NCBI GenBank assembly: GCA_964016885.1
Contig: CAXHJY010000809.1
Coordinates: 1 to 62,056 of the forward strand
DNA: 62,056 bases
Direction: 5' to 3'
From: Eledone cirrhosa
Lineage: Eukaryota
Part shown: positions 15,811 through 33,556 of the stretch, in pieces
Position numbering within the stretch: the stretch's first letter is position 1
Layout: every line of letters begins with the position of its first letter
Program-made: the position numbers and the translations under genes
The notes under the pieces: model-generated
What the model was told of the DNA's origin: nothing
The model's input: the letters and a program-made list of their open reading frames with translations, nothing else
Databases searched by the model: none

Positions 15811-16937
15811 ATATCAGTGAAAATTTTCTTTTCTTTGCTTCATATATATATATTATATATACTTGTCCGCCATTGCAAAAGGCCATCAATTCAAAATTTT
15901 GAAGAGAGAGGAAAAGAGAGAAGTGATCTATGAACTTGTAACATCTCACTGACCCCCCCGTCACCACAATAACAATAACGCCTACACTCGCTCCCCACCA
16001 TCACCACATTACTCTAAGGTCGCTGTCCTGTCCCCTGTTGACATACTGCTGACTCTCTTTTGATGTATGTATGTGTATATACATATGTGTATGTGTGTGT
16101 ATATGTATATCTCAGTGGATGCGACCAGATTTCAACACAGCAACAACTACAACAACAACAGCAGCAACACCAACAACAACAACAACAACAGCAACAACAC
16201 CATCGTCTGTGTTGAATGTGTGTGTATGTATTTGTATATATGCGACAGCAATAACAGCATCAACACCATTGTCTGCAGCAACAGCAGCAGTGAAATGAAG
16301 GACAACAACAACAGTAACAACTACAATAACAACTACAGCACCAACAACTGCCACCACCATCACTGACCATCCACCACCACCACGCTGATACCATCCACCA
16401 CCACCACACTGACACCATCCACCACCGCCATTACCAGCGTAAACAAACAATTATTATTGTTATTGTTATTATATACAAGCCGAACTGGACTGGGAAAGGT
16501 CAACAGTTGACATGATAGTGATTTTGACGATTTTGATTTTGATTTTGATTTTGACTTTGATTTTGATTTTGTATCAGTACTGTCGGTAATATATGTATAT
16601 GTATATATATATATGTTTGTGAGTGGTGTGCGTGATTGTATGCATGAATGAGTGTTGGTATGTGTGGTTGTGGTTTGTATGCATGAGTATTAGTGTGTGA
16701 GTCGTGTCAATAAGTTTCCCTTTTTTTTTTTTTTTTTTTTTTTTTAATGACCATGCTGTAAAATGGAGGGGTAGAGAGGGCCCTTGAGTCTAGTAAGACA
16801 TCCTCTCTAGTGCTGGTGGCACAAATAAAAGCACCCAGTCCATGCTGTAAAGTGGCGCTGGTGTTAGGAAGGGCATCCAACCAGTGTATCAATGCCAAAA
16901 AGCTTATCAGCACAGCAACAAAACAGCATAGAAAAAT

Positions 16938-19900
16938 ATGAAGACGTCGCATCTCAGAGTTGCAACACTTAATGTTGGCACTCTCAGAGGTAGGTCTGCT
17001 GAAATAGCGGAGATGCTGGAGAGAAGGCAGGTGGATGTGTGCTGCGTGCAAGAGGTGAGATGGAGGGGTGCCTCTGCGAGACTAGTCGTAGGCAAGCGTC
17101 TTAGCTATAAGCTATTCTGGGTAGGTAAGGATGATGGGTTAGGGGGAGTAGGCATTTTCCTGGCTGAGAAATGGATCAATAAGACAATAGAGGTAGTTCG
17201 AGTTAGTAATCGAATAATTAAGCTTAGATTAGTTGTAGGTAGGAGACTACTGACAATCATCTCGGTCTATGCTCCCCAAGCAGGCCTAGGCAAAGATGAG
17301 AAAGACTGCTTTTATGAGCAACTTTTGCAAACAACCACAATGACAGAGGACGGAGACATCGTTATGCTAGCAGGAGACTTCAATGGTCATGTTGGACAGC
17401 TCCAGGATGGTTACACTGGGGTACATGGTGGGCACGGTTACGGTTCAAGAAATGAAGAAGGAGTGAGACTTCTTGAATTTTGTGATGCAAGTACATTGAC
17501 TATTTGCAACACAAACTTCCAGAAACCTGCCAATCACCTAATAACCTACAAATCTGGTGAGCACATAAGCCAGATTGACTTCCTGCTAGTTAGGCAGCGG
17601 GACAGGCAGATAGTGTCTAATACCAAGGCATACCCTGGGGAAGAATGTACCCCACAGCATAGGTTAGTTGTTAGTGATATCTCAGTAAGCAAGAGATGGA
17701 ATGAGCCATATAGGAAGGTGTGGAGAAGAAAGGTCTGGAAGCTAAAAGACCTTTCACTAAAATTCAAATTTAGGAAAGCCCTTCAAGATGTATATGACGA
17801 AAAAGAAGACGATTTAGAGACGTATGACATAGATAATAACTGGAAGTTCTTACGTGACAACTTGCTGAAGGCTACTGATGAAACCTGTGGCTGGAGCAGA
17901 GCTCCAACCAGACAGAGAGTGACCTGGTGGTGGAACAGCAGTGTAGATAAGGCTATTAGAGACAAAAGACTAGCATGGAAGGCTTGGAATAAGGGTGGGA
18001 GTAGGGAAGAATATACAGCCACTAAGAGAGAAGCTAGACGTCAGGTGTACTTAGCACGCAGGGAGGCAGAGAGTAGGAGGTTTGCCAATGTTCTGCGACG
18101 GGAAGATCAGAGGCGTGCGGTGTTCCACATTGCAAGGCAGTGTGTCAATGCAAATCAGGATGTTGTTGGTGATAAATGTGTCCGGGATGATGCCGGTGTA
18201 CTTAGTGTCACGAATGACCAGAAAAAGGAGGCCTGGAAATGTCATTATGAGAGACTGATGAATGTGGAGAACGAATGGGAGAGAGAGAAATTACCCTTGG
18301 TAGATCCGACAGAGGGACCAGCTATTGAGATTGACGAATATAGGGTCCAAGAGGCGATTAGGGAAATGAAAAATGGTAAGGCGGCCGGACCATCGGGAAT
18401 AGTTGCTGAGATGCTGAAGGCATCAGGGGACGTAGGCACTAAACTGGTTGCACGCATAATCAATCAGGCTATATATGGTGGTGTCATACCCAAAGACTGG
18501 TGCAGCAGTATTCTCATAAATTGCTACAAAGGTAAAGGGGATGCTTTGGAGAGGAGCAATTATAGGGGTATAAAACTGATAGATCAGGTTATGAAAGTGG
18601 CAGAAAGGATTCTAGCACAACTAATTAGAGAAAGGGTCAAACTAGATGAGATGCAGTTTGGTTTTGTGCCTGGGAAGAGTACAACAGATGCCCTCTTCTT
18701 GGTGAGACAAATGCAAGAGAGGTTCTTAGAGAAGAATAAGCCACTATACTTAGCCTTTGTTGACCTAGAGAAGGCCTTTGATAGGGTACCCCGATCTGTC
18801 ATCTGGTGGTCCCTAAGGAAGCTGGGTGTTGAGGAATGGCTTGTAAGGACAGTGCAAACTTTGTACAGAGGTACTCTCAGTAAAGTCAGGGTAGGAATGG
18901 AGTTTAGTGAGGAATTCCAGATACAAGTAGGAGTACATCAGGGTTCGGTCCTCAGCCCGCTCTTGTTCATTATAGTCCTCCAAGCCATAACAGAGGAGTT
19001 TAAGACTGGCTGTCCATGGGAACTTCTCTATGCTGACGATCTGGCTCTTATGGCAGAATCAGTAGAGGAGCTAGAGAATAAATTCCGGCTATGGAAACAG
19101 CAGTTGGAAGCAAGAGGACTGAGAGTAAATCTAGCTAAGACAAAAGTGTTGATGAGTAGAAAAGAGGACAAAACCCTGATTCCGTCAGGGAAATGGCCAT
19201 GTTCGATATGCAGAAAAGGAACTGGCATAAATTCTATAAAATGCACACAATGTAGGTCCTGGGTACACAAGAGATGTAGCGGGATAGCAGGCAAACTAAC
19301 AGGTAGGGAGAAATATGTATGCAGTAGATGTACAGGGAAATTAGACAGTAGAAGTCGCACTGATAGACACATTTTTCAAATGCGAGAGGGCGCTATAGAA
19401 GTGGTGGATAGCTTCCGGTACCTAGGAGATCAGATTAGCATGGGAGGAGGGTGTTCCGAGGCCATAGTATCTAGAATAAGGACGGGTTGGAAGAAGTTTA
19501 GGGAGCTGCTTCCTCTGTTGACGAAGAAGGGTTTCTCCCTGCGTACGAAAGGCCGGTTGTATGATGCCTGTGTGAGGAGCGCGATGCTGCATGGTAGTGA
19601 GACATGGGCAGCTACCGCAGAAGATATGCGACGGCTGGAGAGAAATGAGGCAAGCATGCTCCGTTGGATGTGCAGTGTAAATGTGCGTGAACGACCCAGC
19701 ATAAATGTGTTGAGAGAGAAACTGTGTCTGAGAGGGATAGAATGTAGTGTACGGGAGAGGAGACTGAGGTGGTATGGACATGTGATGCGCATGGAGGATG
19801 ACCGATGGGTGAAGAAGTGCCAGGAAATGCCAGTTGAAGGAAGACGTGGTAGAGGTAGACCACGAAAAACATGGGCGGAGGTGGTGAGAACAGACCTCAG

Positions 19901-20006
19901 ATCATTGAAGCTCACGGTGGAGATGACGAGGGACCGTGACGAGTGGAGAGATGCTGTGCTGAATAAGACCCGTCCCACCCTTGCAAGCAGGGAAAAGCGG
20001 ACGTAA
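16938..20006 (+). CDS. RTE-clade ORF: APE endonuclease + reverse transcriptase with an inserted PHD-like finger (1022 aa)
   Basis: TLNVGTL, VQEVRW, SVYAPQ, AGDFNGHVG, QIDFL, PQHRLV (APE); [32 protein letters not shown] (RT); RLRWYGHV...GRPRKTW...DRDEWR (RTE C-terminus). Uninterrupted. Confidence 0.95.
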   Translation: MKTSHLRVATLNVGTLRGRSAEIAEMLERRQVDVCCVQEVRWRGASARLVVGKRLSYKLFWVGKDDGLGGVGIFLAEKWINKTIEVVRVSNRIIKLRLVVGRRLLTIISVYAPQAGLGKDEKDCFYEQLLQTTTMTEDGDIVMLAGDFNGHVGQLQDGYTGVHGGHGYGSRNEEGVRLLEFCDASTLTICNTNFQKPANHLITYKSGEHISQIDFLLVRQRDRQIVSNTKAYPGEECTPQHRLVVSDISVSKRWNEPYRKVWRRKVWKLKDLSLKFKFRKALQDVYDEKEDDLETYDIDNNWKFLRDNLLKATDETCGWSRAPTRQRVTWWWNSSVDKAIRDKRLAWKAWNKGGSREEYTATKREARRQVYLARREAESRRFANVLRREDQRRAVFHIARQCVNANQDVVGDKCVRDDAGVLSVTNDQKKEAWKCHYERLMNVENEWEREKLPLVDPTEGPAIEIDEYRVQEAIREMKNGKAAGPSGIVAEMLKASGDVGTKLVARIINQAIYGGVIPKDWCSSILINCYKGKGDALERSNYRGIKLIDQVMKVAERILAQLIRERVKLDEMQFGFVPGKSTTDALFLVRQMQERFLEKNKPLYLAFVDLEKAFDRVPRSVIWWSLRKLGVEEWLVRTVQTLYRGTLSKVRVGMEFSEEFQIQVGVHQGSVLSPLLFIIVLQAITEEFKTGCPWELLYADDLALMAESVEELENKFRLWKQQLEARGLRVNLAKTKVLMSRKEDKTLIPSGKWPCSICRKGTGINSIKCTQCRSWVHKRCSGIAGKLTGREKYVCSRCTGKLDSRSRTDRHIFQMREGAIEVVDSFRYLGDQISMGGGCSEAIVSRIRTGWKKFRELLPLLTKKGFSLRTKGRLYDACVRSAMLHGSETWAATAEDMRRLERNEASMLRWMCSVNVRERPSINVLREKLCLRGIECSVRERRLRWYGHVMRMEDDRWVKKCQEMPVEGRRGRGRPRKTWAEVVRTDLRSLKLTVEMTRDRDEWRDAVLNKTRPTLASREKRT

Positions 20007-20031
20007 AATGATGATGATGATGATGATGATG

Positions 20032-21506
20032 ATAGTGAAGAGTTTAGCGTAAAAGTTGGCGTCCATCAGGGCTCTGTTCTCAGCCCCCTACTATTTATTA
20101 TTGCCCTTCAGGCTATAACAGAGGAGTTCAAGACAGGCTGCCCATGGCAACTCCTATACGCAGACGACCTGACACTCATAGCGGAATCAATGGCCGAGCT
20201 AGAGAAGAAATTCCAAACATGGAAGCACGGCCTAGAGTCAAAAGGACTTAAAATTAACCTGGCTAAGACCAAAGTTCTAGTTTGTAGGAAAGAAAACAAG
20301 GCGGCGGTCCCTTCTGGGAAATGGTCGTGCTCGGTGTGTAGGAAAGGCGTAGGTAGAAACTCCATTTTATGTCCTAAATGCAAAGTATGGGTGCATAAAA
20401 GATGTAGTGGGATCACAGGTAAGCTAACTAAGAACATAGATTTTACATGTGGCCGGTGTTCTGGTGCAATAAGTAGCAGCAAGTGCCCACAAAATACTAG
20501 CTCTTTCAATTGCGCAGAGGGTTCTATAGAAATAGTGGACAGCTTCCGTTACCTGGGCGATAAAATCAGCAATGGGGGAGGGTGCTCTGAAAGTACTGTA
20601 GCTAGAGTCAGAACTGGTTGGAAAAAGTTCAGAGAGCTTATACCACTATTAGCTGCTAAAGGGTTCTCCCTAAAAATGAAAGGCAGGTTGTACGATGCCT
20701 GCATACGAACAGCAATGCTGCATGGCAGTGAGACCTGGGCATTGTGTGCAGAGGATATACGCAGACTAGAGAGGAACAAAGCTTGCATGCTCCGCTGGAT
20801 GTGTAACAGTAATATACGTGAACGGCAAAGCATAAACGAACTAAGGAAAAAATTAGAGATAAGAGGGATCAGATGTTGTTTACTCGAGAGAAGGCTACGT
20901 TGGTATGGACACGTGATGCGCATGAAAGTCGATAGCTGTATAACAAAGTGCAGGGCAATAAAGATAGACGGTAGTCACGGAATAGGCAGACCTAGAAAAA
21001 CCTGGGACGAGCTGATAAACTCCGACATCACACACTTACACCTCTCCAAGACAATGTCACTGGACCGAGACGTTTGGCGGTACTCAGTAACAGAGAAGAC
21101 CTGCCTTACCTAAATATATAGTAAAACCTACTCCAGCCAGTAGGCATCTCTAACAAAATACACCCCGTCCCACCACCACCACCCCCACCCCATCCACACC
21201 ACCCCGTTCTATGTAAAGTTATGTTGGTGCCGCGCTATCCAGGCCGAAACAAATGAGATCGTGTAGGTGTCACGACAAAAAAACACACAGTCCACGCTGT
21301 AATGTGGCCGTGTAGGCAACACGGTAAAAACCTCCCAGACCCACACTGTAAATGTGGTTGGTGTTAGGAAGGGCATCCAACTGTAGAAAACCTGCCAGAC
21401 AGTCCTATGCGAGCAAGACAATCACTCTTGCCTCAAGTGGGACTACCCCCGTTCGAACCCATGCAAGCGTGGAACACGGACGTTAAACGTTGATGATGAT
21501 GATGAT
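20032..21506 (+). mobile_element. RTE LINE family A, remainder of the interrupted copy
   Basis: ORF 20190-21113, 3' UTR and (GAT)n tail. Confidence 0.93.
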
Positions 21507-21534
21507 ATATATATGTATGTATATATATATATAT

Positions 21535-23215
21535 ATTGTACGACAACTACAGGAGAAGTACCTAGCTAAAGGTAAACCCCTCTACTTAGCTTTTGTCGAC
21601 TTGGAGAAAGCCTTCGACAGAGTCCCCCGTTCCATTATCTGGTGGGCCCTTAGAAAACTAGGTGTCGACGAATGGCTTGTGAGAGCTATACAAGCCATGT
21701 ATAAAGAAACAGTCAGCAAGGTTAGAATTAACAACGAATATAGTGAAGAGTTTAGCGTAAAAGTTGGCGTCCATCAGGGCTCTGTTCTCAGCCCCCTACT
21801 ATTTATTATTGCCCTTCAGGCTATAAGAGAGGAGTTCAAGACCGGCTGCCCATGGGAACTCCTATACGCAGACGACCTGACACTCATAGCTGAATCAATG
21901 GCCGAGCTAGAGAAGAAATTCCAAACATGGAAGCACGGCCTAGAATCAAAAGGCCTTAAAATTAACCTGGCTAAGACTAAAGTTCTAGTTTGTAGGAAAG
22001 AAAATGAGGCGGCGGTCCCTTCCGGGAAATGGCCATGCTCAGTGTGTAGGAAAGGCGTAGGTAGAAACTCCATTTTATGTCCCAAATGCAAAGTATGGGT
22101 GCATAAAAGATGTAGTGGGATCACAGGTAAGCTAACTAAGAACATAGATTTTACATGTGGCCGGTGCTCTGGTGCAATAAGTAGCAGCAAGTGCCCACAA
22201 AATACTAGCTCTTACAACTGCGCAGAGGGCTCCATAGAAATAGTGGACAGCTTCCGTTACCTGGGTGACAAAATCAGCAGTGGGGGAGGGTGCTCTGAAA
22301 GTACAGTAGCTAGAGTCAGAACTGGATGGAAAAAGTTCAGAGAGCTTATACCACTATTAGCCGCTAAAGGGTTCTCCCTAAAAATGAAAGGCAGGTTGTA
22401 TGATGCCAGCATACGAACAGCAATGTTGCATGGCAGTGAGACCTGGGCATTGTGTGCAGAGGATATACGCAGACTAGAGAGGAACGAAGCTTGCATGCTC
22501 CGCTGGATGTGTAATAGTAATATACGTGAACGGCAAAGCATAAACGAACTAAGGAAAAAATTAGAAATAAGAGGGATCAGATGTTGTTTACTCGAGAGAA
22601 GGCTACGTTGGTATGGACACATGATGCGCATGAAGGTCGATAGCTGTATAACAAAGTGCAGGGCAATAAAGATAGACGGTAGCCACGGAATAGGCAGACC
22701 TAGAAAAACCTGGGACGAGCTGATAAACTCCGACCTCACACACTTACACCTCTCCAAGACAATGTCACTGGACCGAGACCTTTGGCGGTACTCAGTAATA
22801 GAGAAGACCCGCCTTACCTAAATACATAGTAAAACCTACTACAGCCAGTAGGCATCTCTAACAAAATACACCCCCGTCCCACCACCCCCACTCCATCCAC
22901 ACCACCCCCTTCTATGTAAAGTTATGTTGGTGCCACACCATCCAGGCCGAAACAAATGAGATCGTGTAGGTGTCACGACAAAAAAACACACAGTCCACGC
23001 TGTAATGTGGCCGTGTAGGCAACACGGTAAAAACCTCCCAGACCCACACTGTAAATGTGGTTGGTGTTAGGAAGGGCATCCAACTGTAGAAAACCTGCCA
23101 GACAGTCCTATGCGAGCAAGACAATCACTCTTGCCTCAAGTGGGAATACCCCCGTCCAAACTCATGCAAGCGTGGAACACGGACGTTAAACGTTGATGAT
23201 GATGATGATGATGAT
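21535..23215 (+). mobile_element. RTE LINE family A, 5'-truncated
   Basis: RT frame open to 22821; 3' UTR and (GAT)n tail. Confidence 0.93.
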
Positions 23216-23235
23216 ATATATATGTGTATGTATAT

Positions 23236-23285
<50 letters not shown>

Positions 23286-23286
23286 G

Positions 23287-24921
23287 TCATCATCATCATC
23301 ATTTTACGTCCGCTTTTCCCTGCTTGAAAGGGTGGGACGGGTCTTATTCAGCACAGCATCTCTCCATTCGTCACGGTCCTTCATCATCTCCACCGTGAGC
23401 TTAAATGATCTGAGGTCTGTTCTCACCACCTCCGCCCATGTTTTTCGTGGTCTACCTCTACCACGTCTTCCTTCAACTGGCATTTCCTGGCACTTCTTCA
23501 CCCATCGGTCATCCTCCATGCGCATCACATGTCCATACCACCTCAGTCTCCTCTCCCGTACACTAGATTCTATCCCTCTCAGACACAGTTTCTCTCTCAA
23601 CACATTTATGCTGGGTTGTTCACGCACATTTACACTGCACATCCAACGGAGCATGCTGTCCTCATTTCTCTTCAGCCGTCGCATATCCTCTGCAGTTGTT
23701 GCCCATGGCTCACTACCATGCAGCATCACGCTTCTCACACAGGCATCATACAGCCAGCCTTTCATACGCAGGGAGAAACCCTTCTTCGTCAGCAGAGGAA
23801 GCAGCTCCCTAAACTTCTTCCAACCCGTCCTTATTCTAGATACTATGGCCTCGGAACACCCTCCTCCCATGCTAATCTGATCTCCTAGGTACCGGAAGCT
23901 ATCCACCACTTCTATAGTGCCCTCCTGCATTTGAAAAATGTGTCTATCAATGCGACTTCTACTGTCTAATTTCCCTGTACATCTACTGCATACATATTTC
24001 TCCCTACCTGTTAGTTTGCCTGCTATCCCGCTACATCTCTTGTGTACCCAGGATCTGCATTGTGCGCATTTTATAGAATTTATGCCAGTTCCTTTTCTGC
24101 ATATCGAGCATGGCCATTTCCCTGACGGAATCAGGGTTTTGTTCCTCTTTTCTACTCATCAAGACTTTTGTCTTAGCTAGATTCACTCTCAGTCCTCTTG
24201 CTTCCAACTGCTGTTTCCATAGCCAGAATTTATTCTGTAGCTGATTCTGCTATAAGATTAGATCGTCAGCATAGAGAAGTTCCCATGGACAGCCAGTCTT
24301 AAACTCCTCTGTTATGGCTTGGAGGACTATAATGAACAAGAGCGGTCCTTGAGCCATTCCTCAACACCTAGCTTCCTTAGGGACCACCAGATGACAGATC
24401 GGGGTACCCTATCAAAGGCCTTCTCTAGGTCAACAAAGGCTAAGTATAGTGGCTTATTCTTCTCTAAGAACCTCTCTTGCAATTGTCTCACCAAGAAGAG
24501 GGCATCTGTTGTACTCTTCCCAGGCACAAAACCAAACTGCATCTCATCTAGTTTGACCCTTTCTCTAATTAGTTGTGCTAAAATCCTTTCTGCCACTTTC
24601 CTAACCTGATCTATCAGTTTTATACCCCTATAATTGCTCCTCTCCAAAGCATCCCCTTTACCTTTGTAGCAATTTATGAGAATACTGCTGCACCAGTCTT
24701 TGGGTATGACACCACCAAATATAGCCTGATTGATGATGCGTGCAACCAGTTTAGTGCAACTATTCCCGATGGTCCGGCAGCCTTACCATTTTTCATTTCC
24801 CTAATCGCCTCTTGGACCCTATATTCGTCAATCTCAATAGCTGGTCCCTCTGTTGGATCTACCAAGTGTAATTTCTCTCTCTCCCATTTGTTCTCCACAT
24901 TCATCAGTCTCTCATAATGAC

Positions 24922-24922
<1 letters not shown>
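23287..24922 (-). mobile_element. RTE LINE family C, 5'-truncated, with internal deletions
   Basis: Highly similar to 18240-20030; deletions near 24345 and 24757; (CAT)n tail at 23287. Confidence 0.92.
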
Positions 24923-24958
<36 letters not shown>

Positions 24959-25010
24959 CATACATATATATATATATGATGATGATGATGATATACATAC
25001 ATATATATAT

Positions 25011-25346
25011 ATCATCATCATTTCATTTTACGTCCGCTTTTTCCCTGCTTGCAAGGGTGGGACGGGAACTGATTCTGGCTTGATTTCTACAGCTAGATGC
25101 CCTTCCTAACACCAACCTCATTTACAGTGAGTGCTGGGTGCTTTTTTGCCTTTTTTCCACGACCACTTTGCAGTGGAATGATAGGGACCGCAGTCCCTAT
25201 CATCTCATTTCTACAGCTGAGTAAACTGGAGCAATGTGAAATAAAGTGTCTTGCTCAAGGAAACAACACATCACCCAGTCTGAGAATTGAACTCACAACC
25301 TTTTGATTGCAAGGCCAATGCTCTAACCACTAAGCCATGTGCCTCC
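25011..25346 (-). mobile_element. tRNA-derived SINE (chimeric RTE-B body / RTE-C tail)
   Basis: A box TGGCTTAGTGG, B box GAGTTCAATTC, CORE-like CCTTGAGCAAGACACTT, RTE tail with (ATG)n. Confidence 0.9.
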
Positions 25347-25354
25347 ATATATAT

Positions 25355-25431
<77 letters not shown>

Positions 25432-25704
25432 CATACATACATACATATATATATACACATACATACTTAGGAGAGATGGTCACCAATTTTAGAAGGCTGC
25501 GTTGTTTTACGATTTAGAGGGGAGTTTGTTTCCCTAGCTTGGCTGCTAGAAAATCTCTTCTGTTTGTTGTTAGGTGTAGGTAAACAATTCAGCAAAAAGA
25601 ACATACCTCGAGATTATATGTACATGAGCATTTTAATCAGAGCAATAAACAAAACAGGTTATCATATCAGTTGCTCCTTGATTGTTACCTACACGACCAC
25701 ATTT

Positions 25705-25937
25705 CAGCGTGGACTGTGTGTTTTTTTTGCCGTGACACCTACACGACCTCATTTGTTTCGGACTGGTTGTTGTGGTACCAACATAAATTTACATTGAATG
25801 GGGTGGGGCTAGTGGGACGGGGGTGTATTTTTGTTAGAGGTGCCTACTGACTGTAGTAGGTTTCACTTTGTACTTAGGTAAGGCGGGTCTTCTGTATTAC
25901 TGAGTAGAGCCAAAGATCTCGGCCCAGTGACATTGTT
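25705..25937 (-). mobile_element. Diverged fragment of family A ORF end / 3' UTR
   Basis: Matches the reverse complement of ~5680-5920. Confidence 0.8.
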
Positions 25938-26226
25938 TCGCTTTTGTTGAAGCTTATCAAGGCTAACTACCCCTCCTGTCTACTGATGTTATATTCTTAT
26001 AGAATTCTAGTAAATAATCAGGAGCTGATTATGCAGAGCGGTTGTTGGTCAGGCAGAAATTAAAAATTAGAATTGGAGCTCTGAAATAGCAATATATATA
26101 TGGATGTATATATAATGTATTTTGCAATACACTTTATGCTTAATTAAAAGCTTATCTCCCCTGTTTGCTGAGATCATGCATGTATATATATATATATACA
26201 TGTATACATGTATATATATATATATA

Positions 26227-26559
26227 GGAGGCACATGGCTTAGTGGTTAGAGCATTGGCTTTGCAATCGAAAGGTTGTGAGTTCAATTCTCAGACCAGGT
26301 GATGTGTTGTTTCCTTGAGCAAGACACTTTATTTCACGTTGCTCCAGTTTACTCAGCTGTAGAAATGAGATTATAGGGACTGGGATCCCTATCATTCGTG
26401 GAGGTGCCACGGCAATAAAGCACCCAGCACTCACTGTAAATGAGGTTGGTGTTAGGAAGGGCATCCAGCTGTAGAAATCAAGCCAGAATCAGTTCCCGTC
26501 CCACCCTTGCAAGCAGGGAAAAGTGGACGTAAAATGAAATGATAAAATGAAATGATGAT
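26227..26559 (+). mobile_element. tRNA-derived SINE, same family as 25011-25346
   Basis: GGAGGCACATGGCTTAGTGG...CCCTTGCAAGCAGGGAAAAGTGGACGTAAAATG; TA on both sides. Confidence 0.9.
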
Positions 26560-26586
26560 ATATATATATATATATATATATATAAT

Positions 26587-26988
26587 GGTGGCTGCCAACT
26601 CGTTTTCGAGTACGGCCACTACTTTATATCCATGTAGGAGAACCCCTACCAATGCGCTGAACGAGTGTGACTTTTTAGTCCAGCCTGCGACTTGAAAACT
26701 CTGGTACAAACACTACACTTGTGACAATTATTGACACATAGTGCGGGGCCCATGGTAGCATGTGATGACAAGTGTAGAGAGATCTCCAGATATAAAGCAA
26801 TGCCTGTGCCGTGAAACTTTTATAGTGAGCAAAGGCACTGCACAAAGCCAGTCCCACTCTCTTAACCAAGATGATATTTACCAAAAAGAAGAACAAGTCA
26901 ACATCATTGGATACCATCAGGGTTGCAGGTGTTATATCAGAGTTTTCCTTCTCCTAGAATTCTGCCTTGACAAAGGCTAAGGGGTCAT
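26587..26988 (-). mobile_element. Non-autonomous retroposon, copy 2 (truncated) of 4449-5044
   Basis: Near-identical to 4449-4850. Confidence 0.7.
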
Positions 26989-33350
<6,362 letters not shown>

Positions 33351-33412
33351 CAAAATATTAAACAAATAATGAATAAAACAATGAAACAGTTCCTTATATT
33401 AAACAAAAAAAG

Positions 33413-33556
33413 TTCATTATTTAACGATCGTTTCTAGGATATATATGTGTTAGAATTGGCATGCATATTCAACAGATCTATGTACAAAATTATACAAACT
33501 ATCAAGATTAAATATACATACCAACACATATATACGCCGTCTTCAGAAATAATGAA
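33413..33556 (-). ncRNA. Type-I hammerhead ribozyme with long stem II (left arm)
   Basis: Reverse complement of 34041-34194, lacking a 10-bp duplication. Confidence 0.7.

Larger units (their letters stand above)
15297..20033 (+). mobile_element. Full-length RTE LINE family C (~4.7 kb) nested in a family A copy
   Basis: Bounded by a duplicated ATAGT (15283-15287 and 20032-20036). ~1.64-kb leader, single intact ORF, (ATG)n tail almost directly after the stop codon. Confidence 0.88.

Noticed and set aside
16067-16450. Short Asn/Thr/Val-rich ORFs as a possible ORF1
   Set aside because: They are translations of (CAA)n/(CCA)n low-complexity sequence with no domain signature.
26227-26300. tRNA gene-like sequences (also near 25280, 40130, 46195, 47170)
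   Set aside because: A and B boxes are present but there is no proper acceptor stem, and they continue into a SINE body.
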